A stretch of DNA of 64,000 nt from Methanobacteriota archaeon (GTDB taxonomy: Archaea; Thermoplasmatota; Poseidoniia; Poseidoniales; Thalassarchaeaceae): contig WTHQ01000037.1 of the NCBI GenBank assembly GCA_011523055.1, positions 3,210 to 67,209 of the forward strand, written 5' to 3'. The translations under genes and the position numbers were made by a program. Under the pieces are notes generated by a model, which had not been told where the DNA came from, searched no databases, and was given only the letters and a program-made list of their open reading frames with translations. Position 1 is the stretch's first letter. Each line of letters opens with the position of its first letter. Positions 45,242 to 54,925 of the stretch are shown here, in pieces.

Positions 45242-47251
45242 ATGAATAGCCTGTTGGGAATTCCCGGGGTTGGAGAGACTCTTGGAAGAAAACTAGCTGA
45301 TGGTCTCGGTGGAGAGGCGGGGGCACTGAAAGCGATCCAAGAAAGGGATATTGCTTCCATCTCGTCGATAGAGGGCATCTCGGTTGATAGGGCGATCAAG
45401 ATAGTCTCGGTTTTCTCAGGCGAAGGTGAAAGTGCCGCAAAAAATCAGTATGCCCAGCACCTTCACAATTCTACATTACAGGACATTGCAACCCATATCT
45501 CATCGTCTGCTGCGAGAAAGAAGCTTGGTATCCTTCAACCATTATCAGTGAATTCCCAAGAGGATATACTTGATAGAAGGAGAAGGGTCGAAGAGGCGAT
45601 ATCCTTCGTGGCAAGTTATCCTAGTGCAACAAGAGATTGGGTCAGGATCGCGAAGTCGGTAAAACCCTTGAGTAGATCAAAGAAAAAGGTGGACAGACTA
45701 ATTGTGGTGCAGAACCCTGAGGAGTTAGAAAATCTCGGTTCCGCTGAGGATTTCGCCAGAATAGTGGTAAGGGGATCTGGAGAGACATGGAAGGACTACG
45801 AGGGCCTCCCCAGAGTTACGTGGATTGGGTCTAATCAACCAACAGAACTTCCCCCGGGTTGGAGAATATGTGACGTAGACGACAATCTATGGGAATTAAT
45901 ACCCGAGTTAGCATTGAGATTCGTTGATGAGAATGTCAATACAATAAACGCACTGATTGAAATTAGTAATTTAGACATTGGGAGAGACGTACTTAGTGAG
46001 AAAATAAGGGACGCACTCGATGGGCTAGAGGCTCTGGGAACTGTGCTTATCCAGGGCAATGAAGTCGACAAACTAGAGGAAATAAAAGATGGCCTTTGGA
46101 ATGAAACTAGTAGGATTCAAGATAGTGTAGATGACATGATAGTAGCAGCTACCCAAGGAAGCAAATTATCACTCGATGGATCCGAGATGCTATCATATTA
46201 TTCAGATAGTTCTGGCTTGCAAAATCGATTGAAATATGAGGTTTCTGAATCTATAGAATATGCCCTTGAAGAAGGGAAAAACAAACTTAGGGAGTACCTT
46301 GACTCAGTGGATATCAAAATACCAAGTGATTGTTTCCAGAGCGACTATCCGTGTTTGTTCAACAAGGAAACCATAGCGAGGATAGAAGAGGGGATTGATT
46401 TCCTGATATCCAAGGGTGAAGACGAATCAGTCAAAAAGAGGGTTTTGTTGATACTAAGTCATTCAGAAAGGATATCCAAGGCAGTCTCAGAGGTTATAGA
46501 TTTAGATCTCTGGATTGGTATCGCCAGGTGGTGCGAATACCGGAGATGCACTCTCCCAGTTCTGGCAACTAGTTCTCGACCAAGTTGCAAAGTGAAAGGG
46601 CTACGCCACCCCCTATTAGGTGTTGATCCTGTGCCAATCGACTATGGATTTGGTAGTATGCCAGGTGATTCGTTTGATGGATCGATTGTTCTGCTGACTG
46701 GGGCCAACTCTGGAGGAAAGACCTCCTTGATCGAGGGGATTGGTATTGTTGTACTACTCGCGCATGCTGGATTGCCGGTCCCCTGTGATGAGGCTGTAAT
46801 TTCACTGGCAGAAGAGATTCACATTATGTCAAAGGTCACCGGGACACAAAGTGCCGGCGCCCTAGAGAGGACGTTGATAAAACTCGCAACAATAGTCGGC
46901 TCCAGTTCAAGTAAATTCGTTCTTGCAGACGAGTTGGAAGCGATCACTGAGCCAGAAGCTGCTTCAGCGATCCTCGCTGGACTTCTTGATGTAGCAGCCA
47001 AAGATGCTGTGAATTCTATATTGATGGTGACTCACATAGGATCCTCAATCTGCGGGAAAATGGATTCAGATGCCAGAGTCGATGGCATCGAGGCAAAGGG
47101 TTTGGACGAAGAATTAGAATTGGTTGTCGATAGAGTACCACGAATAGGGATTCCCGCAAGGTCAACTCCCGAGTTAATTCTGAAAAGGTTGGAAGCCAGA
47201 TCAAACGGATCCAAATCAGACATTTTCAAGTCCATACTTCAAAAAATCTGA
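45242..47251 (+). CDS. mutS2: MutS2-family ATPase (MutS domain V; N-terminal helix-hairpin-helix)
   Basis: Walker A LLTGANSGGKTSLIEGIG. MutS signature context (LADELEAITEPEAASAIL, MVTHIG). N-terminal HhH LGIPGVGETLGRKLADGLG. 669 aa. Confidence 0.8.
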   Translation: MNSLLGIPGVGETLGRKLADGLGGEAGALKAIQERDIASISSIEGISVDRAIKIVSVFSGEGESAAKNQYAQHLHNSTLQDIATHISSSAARKKLGILQPLSVNSQEDILDRRRRVEEAISFVASYPSATRDWVRIAKSVKPLSRSKKKVDRLIVVQNPEELENLGSAEDFARIVVRGSGETWKDYEGLPRVTWIGSNQPTELPPGWRICDVDDNLWELIPELALRFVDENVNTINALIEISNLDIGRDVLSEKIRDALDGLEALGTVLIQGNEVDKLEEIKDGLWNETSRIQDSVDDMIVAATQGSKLSLDGSEMLSYYSDSSGLQNRLKYEVSESIEYALEEGKNKLREYLDSVDIKIPSDCFQSDYPCLFNKETIARIEEGIDFLISKGEDESVKKRVLLILSHSERISKAVSEVIDLDLWIGIARWCEYRRCTLPVLATSSRPSCKVKGLRHPLLGVDPVPIDYGFGSMPGDSFDGSIVLLTGANSGGKTSLIEGIGIVVLLAHAGLPVPCDEAVISLAEEIHIMSKVTGTQSAGALERTLIKLATIVGSSSSKFVLADELEAITEPEAASAILAGLLDVAAKDAVNSILMVTHIGSSICGKMDSDARVDGIEAKGLDEELELVVDRVPRIGIPARSTPELILKRLEARSNGSKSDIFKSILQKI

Positions 47252-47269
47252 GAATATTTACCTTCAAAA

Positions 47270-48028
47270 TCATTTTTCTTTGAATAGCCTGTTCATTAAC
47301 TCTTGATCATGTTTAATCGCGGTGAGTGGTACTTCCTCAAGAGTTCCCCTTTTGTTTCCGAGAAAAAGAAGGACTGCCCTAACAAACCTTCCCTTCTTTA
47401 TCATGTTCACCATCTTCCATAATCGATCTTCTCCCTGGGTGCTGTGGGACTTAACGTCAAAGCAATCCCACCCTAGATGGTTCGATAACAACGTGTCGGA
47501 CTCCGGATGTCCTAATTCGATGCACAAATCAAATCTTTGTAACAATTCCACTGCCTTTTCAATTGATTCTTCGCTAGAAAAATTGTACTCTTCCCCATGG
47601 AGTATCGACTTCATAAATGGGTTCGAATATCCTCTATTCTCAATGTAAGTGGAAAGTTTCCTCTCGTGGGTCTCAGCTAGATAGAAATCATAATTGTAAT
47701 TTGATAGACAGGTTTCCGTAGGATCTCTAAGTGAACATATTGTCCTGACTTGTGGGTGGCTCAGAGCTGCCTCCAAGATGGAATAGCCCCCTGCTACCGA
47801 TACAAAGGATATTTCTGTAGCGATTGCATCCTCGAAGAATTGTAAAGATTCTTCTTTGGAAAAACTAGGTAGATCAATCGTTGATCCAAATGGCGTACAT
47901 GGCTTGCCATTGTCATGTTTTCTCCATAGCTTCTCGCCATTTTCGATGGCAAGATTGACCATCCTAGTGCCACCAGCTTTCCTAAAATGAAGAAAGACAT
48001 TCAGTTTTTTTTCTGGCACATCGATCAT
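47270..48028 (-). CDS. Sulfotransferase-family protein (PAPS-dependent, Sulfotransfer_2/3-like)
   Basis: 5'-PSB-like LHFRKAGGT (compare hIPKtGGT) and 3'-PB-like LRDPTETCLSNYNY (RDPxxRxxS). About 250 aa, the size of the family. Confidence 0.6.
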   Translation of the reverse strand: MIDVPEKKLNVFLHFRKAGGTRMVNLAIENGEKLWRKHDNGKPCTPFGSTIDLPSFSKEESLQFFEDAIATEISFVSVAGGYSILEAALSHPQVRTICSLRDPTETCLSNYNYDFYLAETHERKLSTYIENRGYSNPFMKSILHGEEYNFSSEESIEKAVELLQRFDLCIELGHPESDTLLSNHLGWDCFDVKSHSTQGEDRLWKMVNMIKKGRFVRAVLLFLGNKRGTLEEVPLTAIKHDQELMNRLFKEK

Positions 48029-48107
48029 CCAAAGTTTTTCGCGTGATGGTGGTTCATGTTACTCCGATCTATTTGATTGCAATATTTTTCGTCGACTACA
48101 ATTTCAT

Positions 48108-48566
48108 TTAGACTAACGATTCTACTATCTCGTCAACCGATTGGGACATCCCGCAATACGCGCATCGAATCTCTATGGGCTCGGATGAGATTACCTTGAG
48201 CCTGTGTGGAAGGGGTTCATTTCTGTTTTGAGTTATACAGTTGAAAAATGAGCACCTGGCTATGTCTATGAGCTCCGAGCCAAGCTCAATTTGACGTTTC
48301 TCTGCTACCCTGTAATTTCTGATGATTGCGATCGAGGCAGAGGGTGCAACGAGAGCCAATCTGTCAAGCTCTCCTTGGCTGAGTTCTCTGTCTTCGATCT
48401 TCAGGACGTCTTTTCGGCCTACCTTGCTGCTTGGAACGTTCATCACAAGGGAGATTGGGTTGGAATGAGTGCCATCGATGTGCAGCATCCGCATTACATG
48501 AACAGCACGTCCCTCTGGAATATGATCAATCACTGTTCCGTTGCAAATCGCAGAAACCCGCCTCAT
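48108..48566 (-). CDS. pyrI: Aspartate carbamoyltransferase regulatory subunit
   Basis: VSAICNGTVIDHIPEG N-terminal motif. C-terminal zinc domain ...CAYCG. The start is set at MRRVSAI, 6 nt after the pyrB stop. The ORF-track start 48614 would overlap pyrB by 43 nt. Confidence 0.9.
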   Translation of the reverse strand: MRRVSAICNGTVIDHIPEGRAVHVMRMLHIDGTHSNPISLVMNVPSSKVGRKDVLKIEDRELSQGELDRLALVAPSASIAIIRNYRVAEKRQIELGSELIDIARCSFFNCITQNRNEPLPHRLKVISSEPIEIRCAYCGMSQSVDEIVESLV

Positions 48567-48571
48567 TTCAC

Positions 48572-49516
48572 TCAATTTATCACCTCCGGGATTTGAACTC
48601 CAAGACTTCGGCACAGGAGGGCCATTCTCGTTGGTACGCCGTTGAATGCTTGTTTAAAGTACCAAGCATGACTAGTAGAATCTATGCTTGCGTGAATTTC
48701 ATTCACTCGTGGAAGGGGGTGCATGATCATCATGTTTGAGTGGGAACTCGTTAGATCCTGTGAATTTAGGGTGTATATGCCTGCAACTTTCTCATACTCT
48801 GCTTCGTCGGGGAATCTCTCCCTCTGAATCCTGGTCATGTAGACTACGTCTGCGCTTGGAAGGGTGGATATCAAGTCCGATGTTTCAGACACATCGCAAC
48901 CATCAGATTTCAGGTCCCTGACGATTTCCTGCGGCATCATGAGGCTTTCTGGGGAGACTAGAGTTAACGAGGCTCCAAACCGACTCAGCGCGCGGCTGAG
49001 GCTGTGGACGGTTCTTCCATATCTTAGATCCCCCACAAGTACTACCCGTAGGCCTTCAATGGTTCCATGCCCTTGTCTGATTGTGAATAAGTCGAGAAGG
49101 GTTTGAGTGGGATGGTTTCCAGCACCGTCTCCGGCATTTAGGATTGGTATCTCTACAGCATCTGCCGCATATTGCGCGGCTCCTTGTCTAGGGTGCCGGA
49201 TAACCGCTATGTCCGCATATCCTTCTATCATTTGCATGGTGTCATAGAGAGTCTCGCCCTTCTTGACAGAGGAGCCAACTTCGCTAAGGTTTAGTACCTC
49301 CCCACCAAGCCTCTTCATTGCGGTTTCAAATGATAGCCTTGTCCTAGTTGAGTTTTCGAAGAATAAGTTCCCAAGGACCTTTCCTTCCAAGAGGGGGAGG
49401 TGTGTCAAACCCCTCGCAACCGGCATTAGTTTCATGGCGTCCTCCAAGAGTGATATCGATTCATCATTGGTCAAATCATCCATTGTAATGAGGTCCATGT
49501 TGTATCCCGCTTGCAA
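48572..49516 (-). CDS. pyrB: Aspartate carbamoyltransferase catalytic subunit
   Basis: [11 protein letters not shown] (STRTR carbamoyl-phosphate motif), HPTQ and HPLP motifs. 314 aa. Confidence 0.95.
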   Translation of the reverse strand: MQAGYNMDLITMDDLTNDESISLLEDAMKLMPVARGLTHLPLLEGKVLGNLFFENSTRTRLSFETAMKRLGGEVLNLSEVGSSVKKGETLYDTMQMIEGYADIAVIRHPRQGAAQYAADAVEIPILNAGDGAGNHPTQTLLDLFTIRQGHGTIEGLRVVLVGDLRYGRTVHSLSRALSRFGASLTLVSPESLMMPQEIVRDLKSDGCDVSETSDLISTLPSADVVYMTRIQRERFPDEAEYEKVAGIYTLNSQDLTSSHSNMMIMHPLPRVNEIHASIDSTSHAWYFKQAFNGVPTRMALLCRSLGVQIPEVIN

Positions 49517-49615
49517 TACGGGAGCGGTCCCTCCATATGCCTTGTGATAATTCTAGGTTCCAATGCCCTGTCATTTTTCAATAAAACTTGAGTATGGGCC
49601 TCTACTGGTCTTGTC

Positions 49616-50698
49616 ATGGCTGAGGACATGTATTATCGAATGATGGGAAGTACAGGGTTACAGGTTTCGGTGCTATCCTATGGATTCTGGGCTACCTATG
49701 GTGTAAAGGAGAGCCTCTCCGGAGAAGCTGGCGTGGAAAGAGCAAAGGAACTGCTTAGGATTGCTCGTGAAGCGGGTGTAAATTGTTTCGATCATGCCGA
49801 AGCATACGGGACTCCTACGGGGGAGGCAGAGCGGATCTTTGGAATAGCGCTGTCCGAATTAGTCGAGGAAGACCCCATCCTTTGGCGGCGTTCGGACCTG
49901 GTGATAACAACAAAAATTTTCTGGGGAGGGAGCGGTGTCAACGAACGGGGCCTCTCCAGGAAGCACATAATGGAGGGTATGGACTCCTCCTTGGAGCGTC
50001 TGGGGTTGGAATACGTCGACATGGTATTCTGTCACAGACCTGATCCTCACACTCCAACCGCCACCGTGGTCAGAGCCATGACGGACATTGTAAGGTCCGG
50101 AGCATCCACATCATGGGGAACAAGTGAGTGGTCCGCACAACAAATCACCGAGGCCTTCTGGATCGCTAGGACCGAGGGGCTGGAGCCGCCCTCTTACGAA
50201 CAACCACAATATAACATGCTTCACAGATTTCGTTTCGAATCTGAGTATTTTCCATTGTTTAGGCCGCCATATTCCATAGGCACTACAATTTGGTCCCCAC
50301 TCCGATCTGGGTTCCTGACAGGCAAATACAACAACGGTATTCCAGAGGGGTCCAGAGCAACTGTTGAAATCTACAGCTGGTTGAAGGATGAGCTGAAGGA
50401 TAGAGAAGAGAGGGGGGAGATAGATATCCTCAGAAAACTGGCTTCACTCGCCGAAAATGAGTTGGGATGCAGTATGGCTCAACTCGCTTTGGCATGGTGT
50501 TTGAAAAATAAGAACGTCTCAACCATCCTATTGGGCGCCACGAATGCTGATCAACTGAAGGAAAACTTAGGTTGCATAGATGTTGTTAAGAGGCTCGATG
50601 ACGACCATATGGAAACGATAGATAAGATTCTTGGAAACAGGCCTGACTCATGGATAGGACCTGGCGGGGATGGAAATAGGGAACTCAAGACAATTTGA
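49616..50698 (+). CDS. Aldo/keto reductase, Kv-beta-subunit-like (AKR6/Tas-like) oxidoreductase
   Basis: YRMMGSTGLQVSVLSYGFWATYG N-terminus. AKR catalytic tetrad context. C-terminal NADPH-binding region. 360 aa. Confidence 0.85.
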   Translation: MAEDMYYRMMGSTGLQVSVLSYGFWATYGVKESLSGEAGVERAKELLRIAREAGVNCFDHAEAYGTPTGEAERIFGIALSELVEEDPILWRRSDLVITTKIFWGGSGVNERGLSRKHIMEGMDSSLERLGLEYVDMVFCHRPDPHTPTATVVRAMTDIVRSGASTSWGTSEWSAQQITEAFWIARTEGLEPPSYEQPQYNMLHRFRFESEYFPLFRPPYSIGTTIWSPLRSGFLTGKYNNGIPEGSRATVEIYSWLKDELKDREERGEIDILRKLASLAENELGCSMAQLALAWCLKNKNVSTILLGATNADQLKENLGCIDVVKRLDDDHMETIDKILGNRPDSWIGPGGDGNRELKTI

Positions 50699-50719
50699 AG
50701 TCATTAGGTAAGAGTCCAA

Positions 50720-51046
50720 TCAGAGAGAGAGGACCACCAGTGCCAATGCACATACGACAACGCCGATTAAGACCATGCTCTGGAGTGTTATCTCTGATTC
50801 TTGATTCAAATCTCTTCCCTCTATCATGTGCGAGACGACGGATTCAATCTCTTCATGAGCTGTCTCTCGATTTTCCCCTCCATCAATCTCAGAAGAAGAC
50901 GGATCTTCTTCGACGATCTTTGGATCTTGGTTCTGGAGAATTCTATCGATAAGATCGGCTTTCTTTCCAGAGACTGGAAGCGCGAGATTCGAAAGTAAAA
51001 TCTTCAACTCAGCCACAGTCATGGCCTCAAGGTCTTCTCTTCGCAT
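50720..51046 (-). CDS. SAP-domain protein with C-terminal TM anchor
   Basis: MTVAELKILLSNLALPVSGKKADLIDRIL fits the SAP helix-extended-helix consensus (L..L.V.EL...L....L...G.K..LI.RL). An acidic linker follows, then the C-terminal helix LIGVVVCALALVVLSL. Confidence 0.6.
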   Translation of the reverse strand: MRREDLEAMTVAELKILLSNLALPVSGKKADLIDRILQNQDPKIVEEDPSSSEIDGGENRETAHEEIESVVSHMIEGRDLNQESEITLQSMVLIGVVVCALALVVLSL

Positions 51047-51063
51047 CAGAATTTAGTTGAAGA

Positions 51064-51082
51064 GGCGGTATATATACAAAAA
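51064..51082 (-). promoter_or_regulatory. Strong TATA box (TTTGTATATATACC on the minus strand), about 27 nt upstream of the SAP-protein ATG
   Basis: Read directly from the sequence. The spacing is typical of archaeal TATA-to-TSS distance with a leaderless start. Confidence 0.4.
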
Positions 51083-51095
51083 GGGACCAAATTAC

Positions 51096-52091
51096 TCAAA
51101 TTTGCTCATTTAACCAGGACCTCATCGTGCAGGACTGGCAAATGTCCCTGCTTGTAACTCCTCCACAAGTAGTGCATAATTTGACATCCTGGTTGGCCGT
51201 TCCATGTCTACTGTATATCTCTCGAATGCTCTCCAGGCTATGCAACAGACCGTGTCTTGCGCCAGGGGTATTGGTCTCTAGTGCCGCGACAATGTTTCTG
51301 CTGGTTTGGCGCTGGGCCCCCAAAGCATGTGGGCATTCTCCATGGAAGAATGGGAGTTCCAGAACCATAGCGAGTGCGTGAATTTCCTGCTCTGGAATCC
51401 ATCGGAGTGGTACGATCCTTGGCGGCAGTCCCTCAATTGGATTGTTTGTATGGGGAGCGAGCCTTACTGACCTCTCAACCTCTCCTTTCTGCAGGTTCAT
51501 CAAGATCGATTGTGCCATGTCGTCGAGATTATGCCCCAATGACATGACCTTTGCATTGGTTTTTTCAGCAAGAGCGTTCAAACTCTGCCTCCTGAATACG
51601 CCGCAAAATGAGCATGGCATCATTCCCTTTGCCTCTGGATTCTTGTCTGCGATTTCCGGCATCAAACGGACAACTTCATCCATTCGCTGGTATCCAATAT
51701 CCTCGTAACCTACTCTGACCAGTTCTATATCAAGATTTGAACACAGTTCCGTGACGCAGTCTATCGAGGGGGATCGATAGCCGTCTATTCCTTCGTCCAC
51801 GACCCCAGCAACTATCTCGATGTCTCTCCGCTTTCCGAGGATGTCATCCAGCATAAACAGCATGACTGCGGAGTCCTTGCCCCCGCTTACCGCAGCGAGT
51901 ATTCGGAAAGGTGTTCCGTCTGGGCCTCTCGCATCTCTAGGAAGGGACAATTGGTTTCTCAGGTCCTTCGACACTCTTTTTCTTATGGAAGCTCGAAGAT
52001 GTCTGCCACATAGCCTCTGACCACTATATGGTTGATGTATCACGCTGGGATTTTCACAACGGCTACAAGGCTCTACTTGCAGTCCGCACAT
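51096..52091 (-). CDS. ncsA: tRNA 2-thiolation PP-loop ATPase, NcsA/TtuA/Ctu1 family, with N- and C-terminal zinc fingers
   Basis: PP-loop AAVSGGKDSAVMLFML. N-terminal CGLQVEPCSRC...C and C-terminal CTTCGG..CQSC zinc fingers. The start is set at MCGLQVEPCSRC. The ORF-track start is 52160. Confidence 0.8.
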   Translation of the reverse strand: MCGLQVEPCSRCENPSVIHQPYSGQRLCGRHLRASIRKRVSKDLRNQLSLPRDARGPDGTPFRILAAVSGGKDSAVMLFMLDDILGKRRDIEIVAGVVDEGIDGYRSPSIDCVTELCSNLDIELVRVGYEDIGYQRMDEVVRLMPEIADKNPEAKGMMPCSFCGVFRRQSLNALAEKTNAKVMSLGHNLDDMAQSILMNLQKGEVERSVRLAPHTNNPIEGLPPRIVPLRWIPEQEIHALAMVLELPFFHGECPHALGAQRQTSRNIVAALETNTPGARHGLLHSLESIREIYSRHGTANQDVKLCTTCGGVTSRDICQSCTMRSWLNEQI

Positions 52092-52420
52092 GATTCTCCG
52101 CACCTGTAATTGTGTTTGAACGCAATGGAAGGAGGAGGGTTCTTGCACCCCACTCGCCAAGGATCGCCCATGAGTTCATCGCAGCCTCTACCAAAACCAA
52201 AATTGCGTGGTGGAAAGAGGTCGAGCCCCTGGTTGGAGAGGGTTGTGCTTTCCACGTACCTGGTTGGTTTCGTCATAATGGGCACCCGGCTACAGGAATG
52301 GCTTCCGTCAAATCTCGATAGTTACTCCTGTCTGATCTACCCTGTATTGGCGGTGATCTCCCTGTTCGCTGCGGAGTTTACGGTGCGTTGGGCTGAGAGG
52401 ATTTTAGGAATACGATAGCC

Positions 52421-53662
52421 CTAACCCTCATTGTCAGAGGCAATATTCTTCTGGACTCCTCTGAATAACGACTCGAACCAGCCCAATACGAATTGCCATG
52501 GCACTAGGTACCTGGCCATGCTGAAGAAGAGAAGAAACAGGCCGGCAGAAATCACTTTTCCATAGGTCATCTGTAATTCCAATGAGTCATTTACCTGCTG
52601 ACTCCATTGATTTGGTTGGAACTCGGAAATGACCGTAATCAAAATCTCATCGAAGTCCAATGCGACTGCAGTTAGTAAGGTTGCGAGTGAAACAACGCCG
52701 AATAGTTGGAACAGGTGAGTGTTCAATACTGTCTGAAACATCCTGATGTGTTCAGGGTCTGTGCGGGCGCTCTCCGGCAACATGGCCACATACTCAAACA
52801 AGCGTATGCACATGTGAGAGGATTCAAAGAATAGGAAAAGTACTACTGAGATTGTAATCAATTCAAATGCGAGGGGAGAAACCAGCCCCCCGAACATGGT
52901 GGATTCTCCGATTTGGGCTGGTAGTGGATTCAGCCCGATGCCTTGCACAGAGTCAAGAACAGCCTCGAATGTTAGAAGAGCATGGAATATTAGGAACATA
53001 ACGATGTAACTCATTGTTGCCACAATCGCCCTCATTGATAGGTTCCAAATTCCAATCAGGCCGAACAATACGGGGGCGAAAACAACTCCCATGACGATGA
53101 ATTCCGAAATCATCTGCATTGGAAGCAGGAGTCTGTCACCGTGGTTGAATATCTCTAGATCCTGGCCAAAGGGGACGTAGACTTGGCGGTAGGTGACCAT
53201 CCCAGTTATCCATTCAAACAAGAATGGCCCTAGACCAAAAATTAGGGCAGTAGAGTAAATTCCAATTCTCAACCTTCGACGGAGTTTTGAGTCCCGAGTG
53301 GAAGCGATAGCATGAGCCCCTGTCAAAAGCAAGCAGAATACAGAAGGGAAGAGCAAGGAGGTGCTTCCGACTTGGCCGACTCCGGTAATGACATCTGGCA
53401 GTATGGCGTCCCTTTGGAATGACTGTTCGACATACGCGATACCGCGTGTGTGCTCAAATGCTGGACACCAATAGCTCTCGCCGTCAGCCTCATCAATGAA
53501 GTCTTGGTCACACTCCCCATACTTCGAGGTCATGGTCAAAATCAACATGGCCAAGGAGGCAGTTGCAACGACTTGCAACGCTAGAATCTGCCATCGTGTC
53601 CTGAGGGACCTCAACCGAAGGGTTTTGCCGTTGTTGTGCCCCTCTTCGCTCATTTTCGACAC
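52421..53662 (-). CDS. Hypothetical polytopic membrane protein (about 10 TM), last gene of the cdc48/DUF58 operon
   Basis: ORF-track ORF directly abutting the DUF58 stop (53662/53663). Multiple hydrophobic helices. No motif recognised. Confidence 0.6.
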   Translation of the reverse strand: MSKMSEEGHNNGKTLRLRSLRTRWQILALQVVATASLAMLILTMTSKYGECDQDFIDEADGESYWCPAFEHTRGIAYVEQSFQRDAILPDVITGVGQVGSTSLLFPSVFCLLLTGAHAIASTRDSKLRRRLRIGIYSTALIFGLGPFLFEWITGMVTYRQVYVPFGQDLEIFNHGDRLLLPMQMISEFIVMGVVFAPVLFGLIGIWNLSMRAIVATMSYIVMFLIFHALLTFEAVLDSVQGIGLNPLPAQIGESTMFGGLVSPLAFELITISVVLFLFFESSHMCIRLFEYVAMLPESARTDPEHIRMFQTVLNTHLFQLFGVVSLATLLTAVALDFDEILITVISEFQPNQWSQQVNDSLELQMTYGKVISAGLFLLFFSMARYLVPWQFVLGWFESLFRGVQKNIASDNEG

Positions 53663-54925
53663 CTACCCCTTTTTGACCTGTAATAACGCCTGAGCAAGAT
53701 CAATGTCTGGAACCCAATCTATAACATTGGCACCATAGCCGTTCAACGACATGAGCCTATTTTGCCGCTCCATCTTGAGGACCTCGTAGGCCATCCTTGG
53801 GATTCGACTCACAAGTCTCTCCAAATCGACTGAATTCGGAGAGAGCACGTAAACCGTGTGGCCGTGGCTCGACAGCGCTCTTATCGCAGGCAATGCGGTA
53901 CCATCGCCTTCAAGGCTACTAACGACGAAAACAGGGGATCCTCTGTTCATCCTGGGTATGAGCGCATTAGTAACTGCCTGAATAGGCATCGAGCCCCCGG
54001 CTGACACGCCGGCTAGCAAACTGAGAATCTTGTATTGCTGTTTGTCACCGGCCTCTGCAGGGAGGTGGTCCATTCTCCTACCATAGGTTGTGAGAGAGAC
54101 CGCATCCCGCCTTCTGATGAAGTGATTGGAAATTGATGCCGTTGCAACAGCCCCCATCTCGAGAGGGTTCTTCAGCACGGTACCGATCCTTGATATGTCC
54201 CTCGTGTCGAATAGGATGTGCACGTCTGTGACTGCATCCCTGACCTTCTCATTGACCATCAGATCTCCTGTTCTCGCAAATGCTTTCCAATTTATTGACC
54301 TGAATGAGTCTCCGGGCATGTACTCTCTCAATGAGTAAAACTCTGTTCCTTGGCCGGGGGTCCTCAGTGTAGTTGCTCCTGTGTACATCTTTGGGACATT
54401 GGAGCGGAGCAAAGCATCCTCGATGTCCCTGACTTGGGGGAATACAATTACGTCACTTCTCTTGTCCTCTACCCCTTCGTCGGTGAAGAGCCCGAAAACG
54501 TCCCTGTATCTCAGCGAAGTGGGTCCGATAGAGAAATGGCCTCGCAATGGGCATCTCACGGTGTATCTCAACACAGTTGATTGTCCAGGGCCCAAGTTGG
54601 CCCTGATCATGTTTATCCCTCTTCGGATTTTCATTTCATGGGGTACGTTGTCATAAATGTCCAATGTCTGTGTTCTTCTCCTTGACCGGTTGCTTATCGT
54701 GAGAGTGACAGTTATGTCGTCGCCCTTGTAGACATTCTCTTCGGACAACTCCCTCTCAACTGCCAGATTTGGATAGCCGCTCACCCAACTTGCCATGACG
54801 AGCAAGGAAACCATCAGCATTCCGAGAATCATCAGGTGGAAATGACTTACCATCATTCCAATCAGGATAAGCGAGATGCCCCCGACAAGCGTCATTGTTG
54901 CCTTCCTTGTCCACATTGTATTCAC
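53663..54925 (-). CDS. DUF58-family protein (vWA-like module that normally partners MoxR AAA ATPases), N-terminal double TM
   Basis: Core EFYSLREYMPGDSFRSINWKAFARTGDLMVNEKVRD matches the DUF58 signature (Y.pGD..R.IdWk..AR). Two N-terminal TM helices. Overlaps the upstream gene by 4 nt. Confidence 0.75.
   Translation of the reverse strand: MNTMWTRKATMTLVGGISLILIGMMVSHFHLMILGMLMVSLLVMASWVSGYPNLAVERELSEENVYKGDDITVTLTISNRSRRRTQTLDIYDNVPHEMKIRRGINMIRANLGPGQSTVLRYTVRCPLRGHFSIGPTSLRYRDVFGLFTDEGVEDKRSDVIVFPQVRDIEDALLRSNVPKMYTGATTLRTPGQGTEFYSLREYMPGDSFRSINWKAFARTGDLMVNEKVRDAVTDVHILFDTRDISRIGTVLKNPLEMGAVATASISNHFIRRRDAVSLTTYGRRMDHLPAEAGDKQQYKILSLLAGVSAGGSMPIQAVTNALIPRMNRGSPVFVVSSLEGDGTALPAIRALSSHGHTVYVLSPNSVDLERLVSRIPRMAYEVLKMERQNRLMSLNGYGANVIDWVPDIDLAQALLQVKKG

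Noticed and set aside
52110-52418. ORF 52110..52418 (+), possible two-TM small protein
   Set aside because: Its 5' end overlaps the ncsA N-terminus. Only the segment from MSSSQPL (52170) is free of overlap. It is kept out of the feature list as unsupported, although it fills the ncsA to 52421 gap and could be real.
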